Positions 20,785 through 31,347 are shown, counted from the stretch's first letter. The stretch: DNA of 64,000 nucleotides from an uncultured bacterium (GCA_963844965.1 CAWJQC010000006.1:32001-96000); one strand, 5' to 3'. Notes: a model not told the origin generated them from the letters alone. A program made the numbers and translations.

Positions 20785-20834
20785 GCTGGCCTTATCCTAA
20801 ACCACTCTTCCAAAATTAGCAACAGGAGCAAATT

Positions 20835-21909
20835 TTAAAGCCGCGCTATCGCCTGCTTCAGCCCGTCAAGCGAAGTGCTCATCATCAAGTATCCCTGATA
20901 CCAGCCGTAGACAAACGTTGCGCCCGGCTGCGAAAACGCAAGCGCTCGGAAAGACGAATTCGCCGCAGTGACATCTTGAAATCCCACAGCCGAAGGGTCG
21001 CCGGGAGAAACCAAAAAGAAATTTTCAATTTTGGTCGTCATTGCTTCAAGTTTCGCCACGTTGTCCTTAAGAAACAGCCAATTTTCCGCCGGCTTCAATT
21101 TCAAAACATACCCAGGCCAAATGCCGTTCGCGTCTTTGTAGGCAAAAACTGTGGCGTCGGGGTTAAAATGCGCGAGAACATACTGTGGGTCAAGAACGGC
21201 GGTATCCGCGGCGGAAAAAATATCGTTCACGTAGGCATCGGTGCCATCGGCTTTCTTCGCGTCAATTTCAAAAAATGTGGACGTGGGGCGGGCTCCGGCA
21301 AAGATACCCGAGAAGCGCTGCGGGAACGTCTGCAGATCCGAAGCGTTCTGCGCGGCGCTACTCAAAGTCAATGTTAGCGTCTGATCAACCGGCTTGCTGA
21401 ACAAAGTGGCGTGCGTGAAACTTGCGCCGACCGGCTGAGGATTGGTATATTGCTGTGTTTGACCTTGCGTCGCAGCCGGAGCCGACGTTCCGGAAACATT
21501 TCCACCGCCAAAGAATATGCTGTAAGCCAAATATATGATGGCCGCGAGAACTATAAGCGCTACAACGGCCACAAAAACAACGGGCCAGAAACATTTTGGG
21601 TCTTACCTCGCTTTCTTTGTTTTCCGGCGCGCGCTCTTTCTTCGCGACTGCCGCGGCTACATCCCCGCCGCCAAGCGCCGCGAATCTTTCCTCAAGCTGG
21701 TTGACCTCTTTGGACGGCTCTTCCTCACTGGCTATCTCGTCATAAGCCGGCAATTTCGGAGCTTTGACGCTTTTAAATTCCGGCCCTCCCCCAGGGCGAG
21801 ACATCGCCTCAAGATCGCTTTGCATCGTCCGCACCTTTACATCCGGCGGCGGAGGCGGAGCCGAAGGAATTTCGGCTATTCCCAAATTTTCGTTTGAAGT
21901 ATCGGCCAT
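20835..21909 (-). CDS. Hypothetical membrane-anchored protein (N-terminal cytoplasmic region, TM helix, extracellular domain), frameshifted near 21575-21595
   Basis: ORFs 21385..21909 and 20835..21572 overlap. The TM helix 'WPVVFVAVVALIVLAAIIYLAYSIFF' reads through from the upstream frame after an A-run. Confidence 0.5.
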
Positions 21910-22003
21910 TGCAATTTAATTTTAGCACGAAAGAACCACGCAAAAAAATAGTCGGCTCCCGAGAAGCCGACTAAATCCTCAATCTCCAGAAATAAACAGG
22001 GGG

Positions 22004-22867
22004 TCACGCAGCTATGGGATACTCAATTTCCTTAGGCAGCAACCCGACCAAAGCCAAGTCGGACCTAATCTCCCCGATAATATCATCATCGGGACGGCCG
22101 TCATTTACCACAACGGCTTTCTTCAACAGGGCATCCTCTTGACCGGGGAAAATCCTAATTGACCGATTAAAAATTTTGGCGGCCCAAACTGACGATTTGA
22201 CCTGGTAAATTATTCTTCCGACAGATTCGCCAGCTTCCCTCTTGACGCTCCATTTCAAACTAACATCTTCGCCATAGTGGTCGCTGATATCGATCTTGCC
22301 TTTCTTTGGACGATGCCTGCCGGAACGCACGCACTCCATCCACAAAACACCGGGCAGAAGTTCCTTAATTGAAGCAAGAAGCCGCTCCGCCAAACGATGA
22401 AATCTCTCCTCGTTGCGGTCGCCTTTCTCGTTCGCCTTGCGCAAACGCCTTAATACGCCCTTCTTACGAATACGAACCCTTGGAGTGTGAAGAATGTTCC
22501 GATTAGCAGAATGACCATAAGAACTCGGCCTATCTGGTGGCGGCGGCGCAACGACTTTTTCTGGTTCGGTTTGAGGCGGCGATGGTTCGACTCGCAGAGA
22601 TTCCTTTTTTACATCTGCGTTTGGTTTGACGACCATCACGCCGACCAGAACACCCCTCGCGTTGTATCTGCACTGAACTTTTCCGCTTTGTTCCAATACC
22701 CTGATGATAAACGCAGAGCGCCGTCTGCCGGTATTAATCGGCCAACCAAAATTATCGAGAAGCATATCACTCAGGCACTTGAGCGGATTTTTCAAATATT
22801 CGCCGGCATGCGCACTCAAATAAACTAAAACCGCGGCTCGTTCTTTATCCGGAATCGCATACAGCAC
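22004..22867 (-). CDS. Hypothetical protein (287 aa)
   Basis: ORF only. Confidence 0.5.
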   Translation of the reverse strand: MLYAIPDKERAAVLVYLSAHAGEYLKNPLKCLSDMLLDNFGWPINTGRRRSAFIIRVLEQSGKVQCRYNARGVLVGVMVVKPNADVKKESLRVEPSPPQTEPEKVVAPPPPDRPSSYGHSANRNILHTPRVRIRKKGVLRRLRKANEKGDRNEERFHRLAERLLASIKELLPGVLWMECVRSGRHRPKKGKIDISDHYGEDVSLKWSVKREAGESVGRIIYQVKSSVWAAKIFNRSIRIFPGQEDALLKKAVVVNDGRPDDDIIGEIRSDLALVGLLPKEIEYPIAA

Positions 22868-22962
22868 ACGACACCTCCGAAACTATAAGCTACCGACATC
22901 TTATCATAAACTAACTACTGCGTCAAGCCGGCTGGCTGGGCTAGACCGTGCCGTGCCAACCA

Positions 22963-25135
22963 CTATTGCAATTGTTTTATGGACAGCCCGATTCTGCCGT
23001 CTTCGTCGGCACGTATTATCTTTGCGCGGACGAAATCGCCCACCTTAACTACTTCGGTGACAGTTTTAACATAGCCGTTTTTAAGTTCGGAAACGTGGAT
23101 CATCCCGTCGCGACCGCCGCCCAAATCCACTATCGCGCCGAAATCCAGGGTTTTTATAACCGTTCCCTCAATGATGTCGCCGATCTTATATTCTTTGGTA
23201 AGCGCCGTGATTTCCGCGACCGCCGCGTCCGCCTTCGCGACATCCGGCCCGAGACGAACACGCCGCCGTCTTCCTCCACGTCAATACTCGTAAGCCCGTA
23301 TTTCGCGATCAAACCGTTGATCATCTTGCCGCCGGGACCGATAAGCGCGCCGATCTTCGACGGATCGATCTTAAGCTGGCGGATTATCGGGACGTACTTT
23401 GACAACTGCGGCCGCGGCTTGGCGATAACGGATCATCATGTATTTCAAGAATCTCAAGCCGCGCTTTCTTCGCCTGCTCAAGCGCTCTTTCCAGCATTTC
23501 GTGCGTCAAACCGTCAACTTTCACGTCCATCTGCAAGGCGTTCACGCCGTCTTCCGTACCAGCAGCCTTCAGATCCATGTCACCGTGATGGTCTTCCGGA
23601 CCCTGGATGTCGGTCAAAATCTTATATATATCCTTTCCGCCAAAGGCGGATCCGCCTTTGGCGGACATCATTAGCCCCATTGCCGTGCCCGCCGCCGGTT
23701 TTTTTATCGGCACACCAGCGTCCATAAGCGACAGAATGGAAGCGCAAACGGTCGCCATTGACGACGAACCGTTTGAGGACAAAATTTCGGAAACAACGCG
23801 GATCGTGTATGGAAATTCTTCTTTAGGAGGTATAAGGGGCTCAATTGCTTTACGCGCCAAATTGCCGTGGCCGATCTCTCTCCTGCCCGGACCGCGGAAA
23901 GCGCCGATTTCTCCGACCGAATATGGCGGGAAATTGTAATGCAGCATAAAACGCCGCTTGCCGGTCATTTCCATCGTCTCTATGAACTGCTCCTGCCCCG
24001 GAGGAGCGAGTGTCGTTATCCCCAAAGCATGCGTGTTTCCCCGCATGAATAAGGCCGACCCGTGCGTGCGCGGGAAAAGCCCGACTTCGGCGTTAAGTGC
24101 GCGTACTTCATCAAGCCGCCTGCCGTCGGGACGCTTTTCTTTTTCCAAAATATTCTTGTGGACAAGTTCGTTTATCGCTTCCTCAAATAAATAGTCCGCG
24201 TCCTTGAGGATGTGTTCTTCTCCGCCAAAGGCGAATCCCTGCCCGCCGGCAGGCGTGGCGCCTCTGGCGGAAAAATGCTCTTTGACATGCGCGCGCAATT
24301 CCTCGCGCAGTTTCCCAGTGGCGCCCGAAAATTCAACCTTGGTCTGTCTGTATACCGCTTCCTCAAGTTTGTCCGATAAGAATTTTTTAACCATAACCTT
24401 CAGCGGTTCGTCAAATTCGTGCAATATAAGCCCCTCTTTGGGCTTGCCGATCTCCTTTATTATCTTTTTCTGGAATTCTATCAGCTTGTCGTTCTCTTTC
24501 TGCGCCAGCGCGAACGCCGCGAGTATGTCTTTTTCGCCTGCCTCGTCGCCGCCAAGTTCTATCATGTTTATCCTTCCCAAAGAACCGGCGAGGAAGGCAT
24601 CAAACTTCGGTTTCGTTTCTTTTATTTCCGAATTTGTCGGATTGATGGCGAACCTGTCGCCGAACTGCGCCACGCGGACGCCGGCGACGGGACCTCCCCA
24701 GGGAATGTCGGAAATACCGAGCGCGGTTGAAGCGCCCGCGAGTCCCACGAATTCCGGGTCGTTCTCTTCGTCGTAAGCGAGAACGGTCACGACCACCTGG
24801 ATTTCGCGCCTGATGCGCTGGTCAAAAAGCGGGCGGATCGTTCTGTCAACCGTCCGTCCCGCCAAAATCGCGTCTTCTGACGGCCGTGATTCGCGGCGTA
24901 TGAAACGGCTGCCGATTATTTTTCCGGCGGCGTAAAATCTTTCCTCATAATCCACGCGGAGCGGCATATAATCCGCGTCAATGTCCTCTTTGGACATTAC
25001 AACGGTCGTGAGCACCGCCGTCTCGCCGTACTGTGCCAAAACAGCCGCGTTCGCTTGTTCGGCAATCGGCGAAATTTCAAGCGTCAAAGTTTTACCACCG
25101 ACATCGGTGGTGAATTTTTTGCGTGGTATTGGCAT
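22963..25135 (-). CDS. pnp: Polynucleotide phosphorylase (PNPase), split by two frameshifts and carrying two palindromic in-frame inserts
   Basis: The RNase PH core (ORF 23384..25135) has 'SSNGSSSMATVCASILSLMDAGVPI' and 'GPEDHHGDMDLKAAG'. The KH domain 'KIGALIGPGGKMING' is in ORF 23154..23405. The S1 domain '...IGDIIEGTVIKTLDFGAIVDLGGGRDGMIHVSEL...' lies in a third frame and ends at 22963. Shifts occur at about 23407-23416 (gcggccgc) and about 23245-23252 (ccggccc). Confidence 0.85.
23636..23665. repeat. Coding-palindrome element copy E2 (in pnp), a perfect 30 bp palindrome
   Basis: tccgccaaaggcggatccgcctttggcgga equals its own reverse complement and encodes SAKGGSAFGG in the pnp frame. E. 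coli PNPase has no counterpart at this position (...GLVKEGDNYVV...). Confidence 0.85.
24221..24271. repeat. Coding-palindrome element copy E3 (in pnp), 51 bp variant
   Basis: tccgccaaaggcg-aatccctgcccgccggcaggcgtg-gcgcctctggcgga. It has the same 13 bp inverted ends and encodes '...SARGATPAGGQGFAFGGE...' in frame. Confidence 0.7.
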
Positions 25136-25150
25136 AATTCAAAAAATTGT

Positions 25151-25714
25151 TTAATTTGATTTTTTTGACTTAAAATAATTACCGATTTTTGATTCGGCAT
25201 CGTCTAGCAACGCCTCGACGGAAGGAAACAGCTCTTCAATCTCTTCACTCTCGTCGGCCACCCACTCTGCCGGTTTTCCATACATTATCTTTGCCTGCAA
25301 ATGTGACATTCCCTCATGTATTGGGTCGAAAAGCGGTGAAAATTTCCAGAAAAACTCCGATGGCGCATCTTTCCACTTATGATAAATTGCATTATATCGT
25401 TGAACTATGGCATCCAATCGTTTCCTGGCGTAGCTTAAGTACTCTTCCTCCGATTTAAGCATCGCTATCTTTCCTTCTAACGAGGGTGTCTGTTTGACAA
25501 CGGGCGGCGCTACCGAAAGTTCATGCGTCAACTCGCCACTCTTGCCACTGATTTTCGCGGTCTCCGCACCTTCTTCCAAGCGCCTTTGCCATTCTTCAAA
25601 CTCCGCACGTTTTTTATCCTTTCTCTGCCTTTCGGCCCCATACTCCTGCTGAACGGCATTCAATTCATTCACGCTCAAATCATTTTCTTTTTTCCCCGCG
25701 CTTTTCCGTTCCAT
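25151..25714 (-). CDS. Hypothetical protein (187 aa)
   Basis: ORF only. Confidence 0.45.
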   Translation of the reverse strand: MERKSAGKKENDLSVNELNAVQQEYGAERQRKDKKRAEFEEWQRRLEEGAETAKISGKSGELTHELSVAPPVVKQTPSLEGKIAMLKSEEEYLSYARKRLDAIVQRYNAIYHKWKDAPSEFFWKFSPLFDPIHEGMSHLQAKIMYGKPAEWVADESEEIEELFPSVEALLDDAESKIGNYFKSKKSN

Positions 25715-25716
25715 GT

Positions 25717-26343
25717 TTAAATCGAAGCTCTCGTGCGCATTATCGCCCGCGGAATTTCCTCTATATTTATGAATTTGTCAGCGGCTTCCTGAAGTTTAGC
25801 AGACGCGCTGCGCTTGAATGCCGCTACTTCAACAAAACGACCCACGCCCCACTTCAGATAATCAATGAGCGGCAAATGATCTCCGTCGCCGGTGACAAGT
25901 ATTATAACATCAAGAAAAGACGACATACGGATGGCGTCAACCGCCATGCCGACATCCCAGTCCGCTTTTTTATAGCCGTCAGCGTAAATCTGAATATCCT
26001 TTAAACGAAGCTCCAAGCCGGCTTTTTCCAGCGCTTCAAAAAATGCCGCCTCGGATGAAAGCGCGTGCTCGCCGTCCGGACGCAAGACAGGCTGGGGTAC
26101 TACGCGGCGCTCCCCCGTAGGCCTGTGGTAAGGCTCAACTCCTTCGCTCTTCACGACATAGGCCAGGGCACGGATAAGCTGGCGGTCGCCCACGAGATAC
26201 TTAATAAGCTCGCTGTAATTTACGCGGCCGTGATAAAGATTCTTCGCGGAGTGGTAAAGATTTTGAACATCAACGAAAATACCGACGCGCTGATTGGAAT
26301 AACTGGGAGTGGACTTCATGCCTTGAGTATAATGCGAAACCAC
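25717..26343 (-). CDS. NYN-domain (LabA-like/PIN-like) protein
   Basis: 'GIFVDVQNLY', 'DVGMAVDAIR', 'IILVTGDGDHLPL' match NYN/LabA motifs. Confidence 0.7.
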   Translation of the reverse strand: MVSHYTQGMKSTPSYSNQRVGIFVDVQNLYHSAKNLYHGRVNYSELIKYLVGDRQLIRALAYVVKSEGVEPYHRPTGERRVVPQPVLRPDGEHALSSEAAFFEALEKAGLELRLKDIQIYADGYKKADWDVGMAVDAIRMSSFLDVIILVTGDGDHLPLIDYLKWGVGRFVEVAAFKRSASAKLQEAADKFINIEEIPRAIMRTRASI

Positions 26344-26418
26344 GAACTATACATGCGAATTATGCGAAAGGGATTCGCAGCATTCGCATATACATTCGCG
26401 GCATTCGCATTATGTTTT

Positions 26419-26684
26419 TTATTTTTTTAAGTCTAATTTTTTAATAAGCTTTTCGTATTCCTTGGGTTGTTTCTTCTTGAGATACGCCAAAAGCCGGCGC
26501 CTGTGACTCACCATCTTTAGAAGCCCGCGCCTTGAGTGGTGGTCCTTCGGATTTTTCTTCAGATGTTTCGCGAGTTCGTCAATCTGGCGGGAGATTACCG
26601 CGATCTGCACCTGTGCGGAGCCGTGTCTTTTTCGTGCGCCCGATGTTCGCTGATTATTTTGGATTTAACACGCTTGGTAAGCAT
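26419..26684 (-). CDS. rpsO: 30S ribosomal protein S15, with a 1-nt frameshift near 26620
   Basis: '[23 protein letters not shown]' is in ORF 26419..26610. The N-terminus '[21 protein letters not shown]' is in another frame from ATG 26682-26684. The expected 'acgggctcc' reads 'acggctcc'. Confidence 0.8.
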
Positions 26685-27129
26685 TCGGGTATTGCAACTT
26701 CAATCTGTATGTAAATATTATAACCAATTCGTTAAAAATAAACAAAGAAAGTATCGCGCTTATAAAAATAGGGAGGGCTCGCGGGCGCTTTAGTGAATTT
26801 GCCATTGCGCGGCGAGCCCTTCGTACATCGATACACACATAAGGGCTGGGGGGGCGGTTCGAATACTAGCCGCCGCCCTGCCCAATCTGCGCGCCTGCTA
26901 ACTCCGCCGAGGCCGCAGATCTACGCGGGGGCTCGGGCCGAGACCGCACCATTATCGGCCATTCTTACGATAATCCCTGGCCGAAAAACAGTCGGCTGCC
27001 GCTGCCCGCCGCAACTTGGATCCGAATCCAAAGAGCAACTACTTTACCTGCATTATACACGATGGAAAATATTTGTCAAGTGCCAATTTTGTGATAGATG
27101 AAACGCAACTTGTCCCCACACCAACGCCA

Positions 27130-27235
27130 TGTGCCGCGGGAGAGATTCGAACTCTCATAGTCTTACGACTGCTGGCTCATACTCGCCCCGTACCGAGCTT
27201 TGCTCCGGTGCGGGGAAGCCAGTGCGCCACGCACT
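27130..27235 (-). other. tRNA-like fragment (canonical T-arm GAGAG-TTCGAAT-CTCTC, no complete cloverleaf)
   Basis: The minus strand has a perfect T-arm followed by 'CCGCGGCA', but I could not find a matching 5' acceptor strand. Confidence 0.3.
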
Positions 27236-27245
27236 AAATTTTGCC

Positions 27246-27329
27246 GGTGCCGAGGGTGGGATTCGGACCCACAACCCTTTCGGGACAGCGTCCTAAGCGC
27301 TGCGCGTATTCCATTTCCGCCACCTCGGC
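27246..27329 (-). tRNA. tRNA-Leu (anticodon TAG), long variable arm
   Basis: Acceptor GCCGAGG/CCTCGGC. Anticodon stem CAGCG/CGCTG with loop CTTAGGA. Variable arm about 16 nt. T-arm GTGGG-TCCGAAT-CCCAC. Discriminator A followed by CC. Confidence 0.7.
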
Positions 27330-27639
27330 AAAATTTAGTGCGGTGTTCCGCCACCGCGACATTTGCGCGGGGATGAACCTGCCTACCAGCAAGCAGGCCC
27401 GCCAACCTGCCCGCACCGCTCCCATCACTGTTTATCTTAAATCCCGCCATCGTTTTATTCAACAACACGGCAGAATTCCGCAACGCCCATAAAAATGCCG
27501 GTGAGATAAAGCTCCATGGGCTTACCTGCGCTTCGCCGAGGCTGCGGCAAGGCGAGCGCCCGTGGTATCTGGAAGCTTTACCCCGCCCCGACCGCGGTCG
27601 GGGCGGGGTATTCAGCGGGGATTTAATATAAAAAACCAA

Positions 27640-27681
27640 AAGCCCCCTCCGGCGCAAGGCCGAAGGGGGCTTTTTTCTTTT
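27640..27681. terminator. Rho-independent terminator hairpin at the end of the pilin cluster
   Basis: aaaagccccctccggcgcaaggccgaagggggctttttt. Confidence 0.6.
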
Positions 27682-27706
27682 CTGATTTAATCTCTAAATC
27701 AGAAAT

Positions 27707-27892
27707 TTAGCAGCCGGTGAACGAAGCGCCGAGGAAGCTGCCGATGATCAGAGGAACGCCCTTCGCGAGAACGGCGATGACCACGGCGACTACGGCGTAG
27801 ATAAGCGTGCTCGAAGCGCCCTTAACCTTCTCCGGATCGCCAGAGGCAGTCAAATACTTGTAGGCGGCGACGAGTATGAAAACAATCGCCAA
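27707..27892 (-). CDS. T4SS-pilin-like (TrbC/VirB2-like) small protein A (61 aa)
   Basis: Two hydrophobic helices flank 'AAYKYLTASGDPEKVKGASSTLIYAVVAVVIAVLAKGVP'. The family-level resemblance to PF18895-type pilins is inference. Confidence 0.6.
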   Translation of the reverse strand: MAIVFILVAAYKYLTASGDPEKVKGASSTLIYAVVAVVIAVLAKGVPLIIGSFLGASFTGC

Positions 27893-28131
27893 AACGACGA
27901 GAAGCGTGAAAAGCCAGTTGACGGCGGTGCAGATAAGCGCGATAAATCCGGTTAAGCTCGTAACGGTCGTCGGCGCTGTCTGTTGGGTCCCGCCACAAAA
28001 GGCAGGGTCAACCCCAAAACCAGCGATTTTATTGACTTCATGTTAAGAATTCGGTATTGACCGGAATAATGTTTTTTTTCGACCTTTCTCCTTATATAAA
28101 AAGCATAGCACAAACCATGCAACACTACAAC

Positions 28132-28518
28132 CTAAGGACATAACGCTACCGCTGCCGAGTTCGCACCAAAGATATTAAGAACAATCAGCGGTACGGATTT
28201 CGCAAGCAATGCCACCACCAAGCCAACCACGGCGTAGGTAAGCATCTTCGTGGCTTCGCTTACTTTGGTCGGGTCGCCGGAAGAGGTCATATACTTATAC
28301 GCCGCGACAAGCACCAAAAGTATGACCAATGCCATGAGAATGTACCACATCCAGAAAGCAACCTCGCAAATCACATTGTCAATAAGCTGATCTGGAGTGC
28401 TATATGTCGGTACGGGAATTACCGATTGTGCGAAAACCTTATTCGCAGAAAGGAGCAGCAACTGGGATAGAAGCAGAACACCATACCGATATTTCACGGC
28501 TGAAAATAAATTTTTCAT
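28132..28518 (-). CDS. T4SS-pilin-like protein B (128 aa, signal peptide)
   Basis: 'LVAAYKYMTSSGDPTKVSEATKMLTYAVVGLVVALLAKSVPLIV' is paralogous to A. Confidence 0.65.
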   Translation of the reverse strand: MKNLFSAVKYRYGVLLLSQLLLLSANKVFAQSVIPVPTYSTPDQLIDNVICEVAFWMWYILMALVILLVLVAAYKYMTSSGDPTKVSEATKMLTYAVVGLVVALLAKSVPLIVLNIFGANSAAVALCP

Positions 28519-28644
28519 ACAATATTTTTTAACTTTATAACCGGCTGAAACGCTTATTTTCGGCCTTTTACGTTGTCTTTATCATACCACAAACTCCGAG
28601 AATTGCACTGGGGATAAAGGTGCTGCTTAACCTACCGCACCACC

Positions 28645-28992
28645 TCAACAGCCTCCACTGACGCTACTGGCACCGACTATACTGGCGACTATTGACGGGA
28701 CGGACTTCGCGAGAATTGCCACAATGATGCCTGCAGCGGCATAAGCAAGCGTCTTATGCGCCGAACTCACTCTTTCTGCGTTATCGCCGCCGGTAACATA
28801 GAGAAACCCGGCGTAAATTATCATAATCACGGAAAGCGCCATCAGAATGTAAAACATGGCAACGGCGATCGGGCAGAGAATTTTACTGGTAATATCCGAA
28901 ACGCCGCCGCTGAAAGTTATGCCGGAAACGTCGGCATAAGCGCCGCTTACGCCAAAAAGTTTCAGGAAACCGAGAATCAAAACCGGCGACAT
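28645..28992 (-). CDS. T4SS-pilin-like protein C (115 aa)
   Basis: 'YAGFLYVTGGDNAERVSSAHKTLAYAAAGIIVAILAKSVPSIV'. Confidence 0.65.
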   Translation of the reverse strand: MSPVLILGFLKLFGVSGAYADVSGITFSGGVSDITSKILCPIAVAMFYILMALSVIMIIYAGFLYVTGGDNAERVSSAHKTLAYAAAGIIVAILAKSVPSIVASIVGASSVSGGC

Positions 28993-29092
28993 TATGGTCC
29001 TCGTTTTCGGCGAGTTTCACAATGTAATTAACTATTTTCATAGTCCTTTCCTGCCTATTAATTTTAACACACCGGGCAAGTTATAAAACTAT

Positions 29093-30819
29093 TCACCCCC
29101 CGACCCCGAAAATCGCCTGGATAAGGCTGACCACGCCTTTCGCCGCGAGAACCGCCACAAAACCGATGGCCGCGTAAAGAATCGTGTTCCTGCCGTTCTT
29201 GAACTTTTCCGGATTGCCGCCGGCGGTTATTATCTGGAATCCGCCGTAAAGAACCATAATGGCGACTATGGGAACGGCTATCGTGATCAAAAGGTCAATG
29301 ATCTTATTGGCACAATCCGTGATGGTTGAGCACGCGCCCTGGAGAGGATTGGTAAGCGAGCCGCTGAGAGTCACGTTGCTGCCGGGTGATTGACCACTTG
29401 GCGACTGACCGCTGGGTGATTGACCGCTTGGCGACTGACCGCTGGGTGATTGACCGCCAGGCGTGCTCGCAGTCCATTGGCAAGCACCATTACCACCGAA
29501 AGCGCCAACACACGCACTCTGGGTCGTATAAAGCGTGCAGTTGGCGGACTGACAGTTCGCGCCAGTAGTATCTTGGGTACAAGTACCTCCGCTACACGCA
29601 GCAGTGCATGAAGCGACAGTATAAGAACAGCCACCAGTGCTGCAGTAATATGGCGTCACGGCGCTACACGTGCCGCCGCTGGTGCCAGCAGGCGATGTTG
29701 TAACACATTCACCGGTAGTAGTATTGCAGTAGGGGGCGTTACTGTATGCAGCGGCGCACTGACTGTTGCTGCTACACCCAACGCATGCATTATTAACGCA
29801 GATGGGCTGGGTCTCGACCGTGCATTTGGTGCTATCAGTGCCACAGCCGCTCGGCGCGGTCGTAACACATTCACCGGTAGTAGTATCGCAGTAGGGAGCA
29901 TTACTATATGCAGCGGCGCACTGACTATTACTGCTACATGCAGAGCATATATTATTGACGCAGATAGGTGCCGTCTCGCTCGTACAAATACACTACTATC
30001 ACCACTGCAACTGGTCGGCGAGGTTGTGACACATTCACCGGTATTAGTATTGCAGTAAGGAGCATTACTATATGCAGCGGCGCACTGACTATTACTGCTA
30101 CACCCAACGCACGTGCCACTAGAGCCACAGATGGGCTGGGTCTCGCTCGTGCATTGACTGCTATCGGTGCAGCTACCGCCGCCGCTGCATTGATTGGTGC
30201 TCGGCAAGCCGGGCGCCAGACAGCCCGAAGAACCATACCAGCCGCATCCCGCACTACAGCAGGTAGGTTGATCAATGCAATTACTGCAACTGGATAAGTT
30301 ACACGAACTGCCGCCGGTGCTCGCATTGCATACTTGCCCGCCGGCGCAACCACTATCGGAGCTGCAGGAGTTGCCAACGCCGCTACTATTGGCGTTATTT
30401 GACAGACAACTGCCAATCTGGGGGGATGCCACCGCGCAAGTGCAACCGACCCCAGTATAACAATTTCCCGCCGGCGAAGCGGAAGCGCAACTGCAAGTAA
30501 CCCCATCAGAATTAGTATTGCATACCTGGCCACCAGCGCAGCCGGAGTCGGTCGTGCAGTTTCCGCCGCCGTTGGATGGGTTGCAAGACACGGAACAATT
30601 ACTATCGGAGTAAGCGTTGGTTCCACAGCCTGCTGGATCTAAACAATTACCGGCCAGACAGTCATCGTTCGTCATGCAACTCGAACCGCAGGCTTCATAG
30701 AACGTACTGGGACAGGCCTGCGCGTGACTTACAGATGGTCGGCCAAAACCGAAAATAAAAGCGGCGATGACCACAAAAGCGAAAATCAGAAGCCGCTTCT
30801 TCATAATTTTATTATACAT
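29093..30819 (-). CDS. Cysteine-rich tandem-repeat secreted protein fused to a C-terminal T4SS-pilin-like domain (frame breaks inside the repeats)
   Basis: The N-terminal ORF (29656..30819) has a signal peptide and repeated 'S/TDSGCAGGQVCN' Cys modules, then runs out of frame through three ~130 bp DNA repeats. ORF 29093..29659 overlaps it by ATGA. It contains (GQSPS)x5 and ends 'LYGGFQIITAGGNPEKFKNGRNTILYAAIGFVAVLAAKGVVSLI'. Confidence 0.6.
29390..29462. repeat. 15-nt tandem repeat x5 encoding (GQSPS)n
   Basis: ccgctgggtgattga / ccgcttggcgactga units. Confidence 0.75.
29686..30110. repeat. Three tandem ~130 bp repeats inside the Cys-rich gene
   Basis: '...cattcaccggtagtagtattgcagtagggngcnttactntatgcagcggcgcactgact(a/g)tt(a/g)ctgctaca...' recurs three times with indels. 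Confidence 0.7.
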
Positions 30820-30828
30820 TATTTGGCG

Positions 30829-31347
30829 CTATTCGGGCAGAAACTTAGACCATAGTCCTTGCCAGACAGAGCTTTCGTTAACGAAAGCTGGCACCGTCAG
30901 GGCGACTTTCAATAGGCAGGCCTGCGGCTGCGTAATACCCAGGGCGCTGAGAAAATCAGATTCCGCCCGACTGCGCACTTCGTTGAAAGGATTGTTAAGT
31001 ATAGTGATGAGGAAGCTGCTGTCAGCAGGAAAGTAAAGAATGTGGTAATCTCCGGTGCTTCTGAACAAAACATAATCACCCGCTTCTACTCTCACGGCAT
31101 TTTTATAGGGATTTTTTACTTCCACGCTGCCGTTGGGCGTACCGATGGTAATCGTATCTCCCTCGGGGACGGGGATTGGCGGCGGAGGAGGCGTTGGTGA
31201 CGTGGGCGGGGAAATCGGCGGCAAGCCGCCGGGACCGGTACTTCCGGCAGGAGAGGTCTTGTTCCTGACAACCAAAACGACAACTACTCCGACGACTAGC
31301 ACAAGAAAAATTACCGCTATAATAATTATTCTTCTCGTTTTTAACAT
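30829..31347 (-). CDS. Membrane-anchored protein with a Pro-rich linker (172 aa)
   Basis: N-terminal TM helix 'IIIIAVIFLVLVVGVVVVLVV', then 'PISPPTSPTPPPPPIPVPEG'. Confidence 0.5.
   Translation of the reverse strand: MLKTRRIIIIAVIFLVLVVGVVVVLVVRNKTSPAGSTGPGGLPPISPPTSPTPPPPPIPVPEGDTITIGTPNGSVEVKNPYKNAVRVEAGDYVLFRSTGDYHILYFPADSSFLITILNNPFNEVRSRAESDFLSALGITQPQACLLKVALTVPAFVNESSVWQGLWSKFLPE

Noticed and set aside
27163-27657. 167 aa minus-strand ORF
   Set aside because: It overlaps tRNA-Leu and the tRNA-like fragment, and its Arg/Gly-rich composition is typical of a non-coding GC-rich region.
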